Origin: an uncultured Thermoplasmata archaeon
Lineage (GTDB): Archaea; Thermoplasmatota; Thermoplasmata; Lutacidiplasmatales; UBA184
Assembly (NCBI GenBank): GCA_963749235.1
Contig: CAVVLV010000001.1
Span: 410,989 to 474,988 of the forward strand
Direction: 5' to 3'
Length of the DNA: 64,000 bases
In this document: positions 61,130 through 64,000 of the stretch, piece after piece
Numbering within the stretch: position 1 is the first letter of the stretch
How the letters are laid out: each line of letters opens with the position of its first letter
Program-made: the position numbers and the translations under genes
Notes under the pieces: generated by a model
What the model saw: the letters and a program-made list of their open reading frames with translations, nothing else
Told to the model about the DNA's origin: nothing
The model's database searches: none

Positions 61130-62929
61130 CTAGGGAGGGGGCGGGGGTGGGGTTCCGCGAGATCGACGGGCCACCGCCACAGCCACTACAATTGCTACGA
61201 CGGCCACCGCGGCCACGGCGATCAGGACGATCAGCCAAACCGTCGATAAGCCGCCGAGCAGGTTGTTCGAAGATGAGCTCGATGTGACTTGGAACGAGAA
61301 GTTGCCGGTAGCCCGTTCGCCGATGTCGTCCGTGACCGTGACCCGGGGCGCAAAGGTGCCGGCTACCGCAGGGATACACACGAGGACCGACGTGTTGGCA
61401 CTGGCGCACCCCGACGGCAAGGACGCCCACGTGTAGGTGTACGGGGGCAACCCCTGGCGAGCATCGGTCGTGAGGGTCACGCTCTGGCCCAGCGCGAAGG
61501 TCGACAAATTCTGGCTGACCGAGATCGTGAGCGGGGAAACGACCTCGATCCGGAAGCTGTCATGGGCCGAAGTGCTGAGTACCGTGGATACCGACACGTT
61601 GACCGTGTAATTGCCCGGAGCGTGGAACGTGTGACTCACATTGGCGACGGCCGAGAAAGGAGACCCATCTCCAAAGGTCCATCCGTACGAGTACGGGGGA
61701 AGGCCCCCAGTCACCCAGGCAGTGAAACTGACCGGGGAGCCGGCGGCCCCGGTCGTCGGGGCCGAATGCGCGGAGAGTTCCAGGGTCGAGCCGAAGGCCC
61801 ACGTATCGGACTCGTACGAACCCGAAAGCGCAAAGCCGCCGAACTGCCAGACGAGCTCGGAAGAAGGGTCGTAGGCGAGATCCTGAGCCCAGCGCGGGCT
61901 CGGCGCCGAGGGAGTGGCAAACAGGGGCCAGCCATCCGAGGCGTTGTAGGCCCACGTGTCGTTGTAGACGTTCGACCCCACATGGCCGCCGGTCAGGACG
62001 GCGGCGTTGAGGGCCGCGTCGTACGTCAGGACCTGGTAATTCCGCGGGGAGGGGCTCGGAGCGGGGAAGAGCTCGATCCATGCTCCACCCGCAAATGTCC
62101 ACGTGTCGCCGAAGCTCGACGTTTGGACCGCGCTCCAACCGCCGAAGAGGAGGACGAAGCGGTCGGCCGCATCGTACGTCATCGCCAGGGAGAACCGGGG
62201 GGCCGGCGCGTTAGCGGGGTGCGCGAGGGACCACGAGCCCGCATGGTAGGTCCACGTATCGTTGAACGAATTCGAACCGGTCTCGTTCGCTCCCCCGAAT
62301 AGTACGACCTCGTGATCGACGGCGTCGTACGCCATTCCCGGGGAGAACCGGGCCGGCGGGGAGATCGCAGGGTGCACCGGGCTCCAAACGTCGCCGACGA
62401 AGGTCCAAGTGTCCTGGTAGAGGGTGTTCCCGTCGAAGCCGCCGAATAGGACGACATATCCATCGGCCGCGTCGTAGGCAATCCCGGCGTCCGCCCGGGC
62501 CGGAGGAGCGGGACCGATGAGAGTGGCCGTAAGGTTGGTCCAGATCCCGTTCACGAACTTCCAGGTGTCCCCCAACGCCGGGCAGGCGTGGCTGTAGTAG
62601 TAAGTGCCCGAGCTGGGACACCCGCCGAAGAGCAGCGTCATGTTGTCCGCCGGGTCGTACACCATGGCGGCCCCGGCGAGTCCCGGGGGCGAAGACGCAG
62701 GCGGCTCCTCGGTCCATCCCCATACGGCCGAGACAGCCGGGCCCCGAGGGGACCCGGCCGTGATGCGCGGGGTCGAGTGACTCATGCCCCGGGTCAGTTC
62801 GTTGGAAGTGGTGACGCTCCCCGGAAGAACTCGGGAAGCCGGGCTTGCACCTCCGGCGATCGGGCTTAGCACTACGACAAACACGATGGTGAAGCACACC
62901 AAGGCCCGTAGCGCGAGCAGGAATCTCAA
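61130..62929 (-). CDS. Kelch-propeller + PKD domain surface protein with C-terminal TM anchor
   Basis: Signal peptide, kelch repeats, WTFGDGS..HTF..PGNYTV PKD motif, TM helix plus poly-Pro tail. Confidence 0.88.
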   Translation of the reverse strand: MRFLLALRALVCFTIVFVVVLSPIAGGASPASRVLPGSVTTSNELTRGMSHSTPRITAGSPRGPAVSAVWGWTEEPPASSPPGLAGAAMVYDPADNMTLLFGGCPSSGTYYYSHACPALGDTWKFVNGIWTNLTATLIGPAPPARADAGIAYDAADGYVVLFGGFDGNTLYQDTWTFVGDVWSPVHPAISPPARFSPGMAYDAVDHEVVLFGGANETGSNSFNDTWTYHAGSWSLAHPANAPAPRFSLAMTYDAADRFVLLFGGWSAVQTSSFGDTWTFAGGAWIELFPAPSPSPRNYQVLTYDAALNAAVLTGGHVGSNVYNDTWAYNASDGWPLFATPSAPSPRWAQDLAYDPSSELVWQFGGFALSGSYESDTWAFGSTLELSAHSAPTTGAAGSPVSFTAWVTGGLPPYSYGWTFGDGSPFSAVANVSHTFHAPGNYTVNVSVSTVLSTSAHDSFRIEVVSPLTISVSQNLSTFALGQSVTLTTDARQGLPPYTYTWASLPSGCASANTSVLVCIPAVAGTFAPRVTVTDDIGERATGNFSFQVTSSSSSNNLLGGLSTVWLIVLIAVAAVAVVAIVVAVAVARRSRGTPPPPPP

Positions 62930-63202
62930 CCTCCGCCCGAAACCGACCCTCCCGTCTAGGTTCTGTCTCGAGGGACGGAGCGAGCCAGTCTATGGACCCT
63001 CGTGGCGGGAAACCAAGCTGGGGCGAGGGGGGCGAATGCAGGCCCTCGGCTTGCATCCCGGCCCTTTTGCTGAGGGCGCGTTCTCCGGCAAGTTTATATA
63101 CTATAGAGTCGCGTGGCCGCCCTGAACGGCACGGTGGAAACTTGAACGCAATGGTACTCGAACCAGCCCCCGGAGCCCCCCGAGGCGCAATCGATCAAGT
63201 CG

Positions 63203-63823
63203 ATGCTCCACATCGCGAGGATCCTCGCGTTGATCTTCGGCATTCTCCTGTTCTTGGTCGGCCTTGCCTATGCCGCGTACATCGCCTATCTGGCGAGCGT
63301 CTGTTCGAGCTTCATCGGCTACGATGCGTATTGTGGAGGGGCGGTCGCCTTCGCCCTCATCCCCGCGATCTTCATCGTGATCTTTGGGGTCTTTGACATC
63401 TTGATCTGGATCAAGACCAAGGCCATCGAGGCCATGGTCAACCAGCACCAGTACGAGCAGGCCAAGAGCGCGACCCTGATCTGGATGATCCTCGGGTTCA
63501 TCCTCGGTGGGATCCTGATCGGGATCATCCTCCTGATCGCGTACATCAAGTTCGACCCCCTGATCACCGCCGCGCGCAACCAGGGACAGATGGGCGGTGG
63601 CGGCGGATACCCGCCGCAGGGTTACGCCCAACCCGGGTACCCCCAGCAGGGGGCTCCGCCGGCGTACGCTCCCCCGCCCCAGGCCGCGCCTCCCCCCGCA
63701 CCGATGGCACCCCCGGCTGCAGCTCCCGCCGCGGCCCCGTTCTGCTCCAAGTGCGGGAAGCCGACCACCTACATCGCGCAGTACGGTCGATACTACTGCT
63801 ACGATGACAAGATCTACGCCTGA
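63203..63823 (+). CDS. Membrane protein with Pro/Gln-rich linker and C-terminal zinc-ribbon-like motif (true start may be slightly upstream)
   Basis: Three to four TM helices; FCSKCGKPTTYIAQYGRYYC; TTTATATA box near 63093. Confidence 0.8.
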   Translation: MLHIARILALIFGILLFLVGLAYAAYIAYLASVCSSFIGYDAYCGGAVAFALIPAIFIVIFGVFDILIWIKTKAIEAMVNQHQYEQAKSATLIWMILGFILGGILIGIILLIAYIKFDPLITAARNQGQMGGGGGYPPQGYAQPGYPQQGAPPAYAPPPQAAPPPAPMAPPAAAPAAAPFCSKCGKPTTYIAQYGRYYCYDDKIYA

Positions 63824-64000
63824 TCGGGTCGTCACACCGTAGGCGAACTCCTTCCGACCCGCCCGGGCCACCTGGGCGGGTTCGAAATCTTCCTCAGACA
63901 GCCAACATCCGGCCTCTCATCTCCACCTACCGTTCGGCTCGAGAAGAGACCCGTCGCCCCGGGACCATGTGGGCCACGGGATGGGTCGACCGTACGGGTC

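Noticed and set aside
1..64000. CRISPR array, cas genes or rRNA
   Set aside because: No regularly spaced repeats, cas motifs or rRNA-like sequence seen

Overview
GC-rich archaeal chromosome segment, most likely Thermoplasmata (inferred from gatDE, egsA, spt5-secE-ftsZ, Hel308, mptE, smc-scpAB and thermopsin-like surface domains). It has three zones. (1) 1-12.6 kb is an accessory island abutting the 3' end of tRNA-Arg(GCG). It carries a tyrosine integrase, a 52-aa ORF behind a long hairpin, a 1082-aa HerA/VirB4/TrwB-type ATPase fused to wHTH and PD-(D/E)XK-like domains, a complete single-ORF IS66 with an 8-bp target duplication, and secreted or surface proteins. (2) 12.8-51.4 kb is core housekeeping genes. 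(3) 52-64 kb is a surface-protein cluster of paralogous kelch-propeller proteins, one of which ends in a transmembrane helix plus a cytoplasmic winged-helix domain. The most striking observations are two tRNA genes (Arg-GCG, Pro-TGG) with homologous 32/33-nt introns at the same non-canonical D-loop position (17/17a), a candidate kelch-TM-wHTH one-component receptor next to a secreted paralogue, and the minimal integrase + ATPase-nuclease element. Many conserved genes carry single-base frameshifts that look like long-read consensus errors. All calls come from manual motif reading; no database searches were run.
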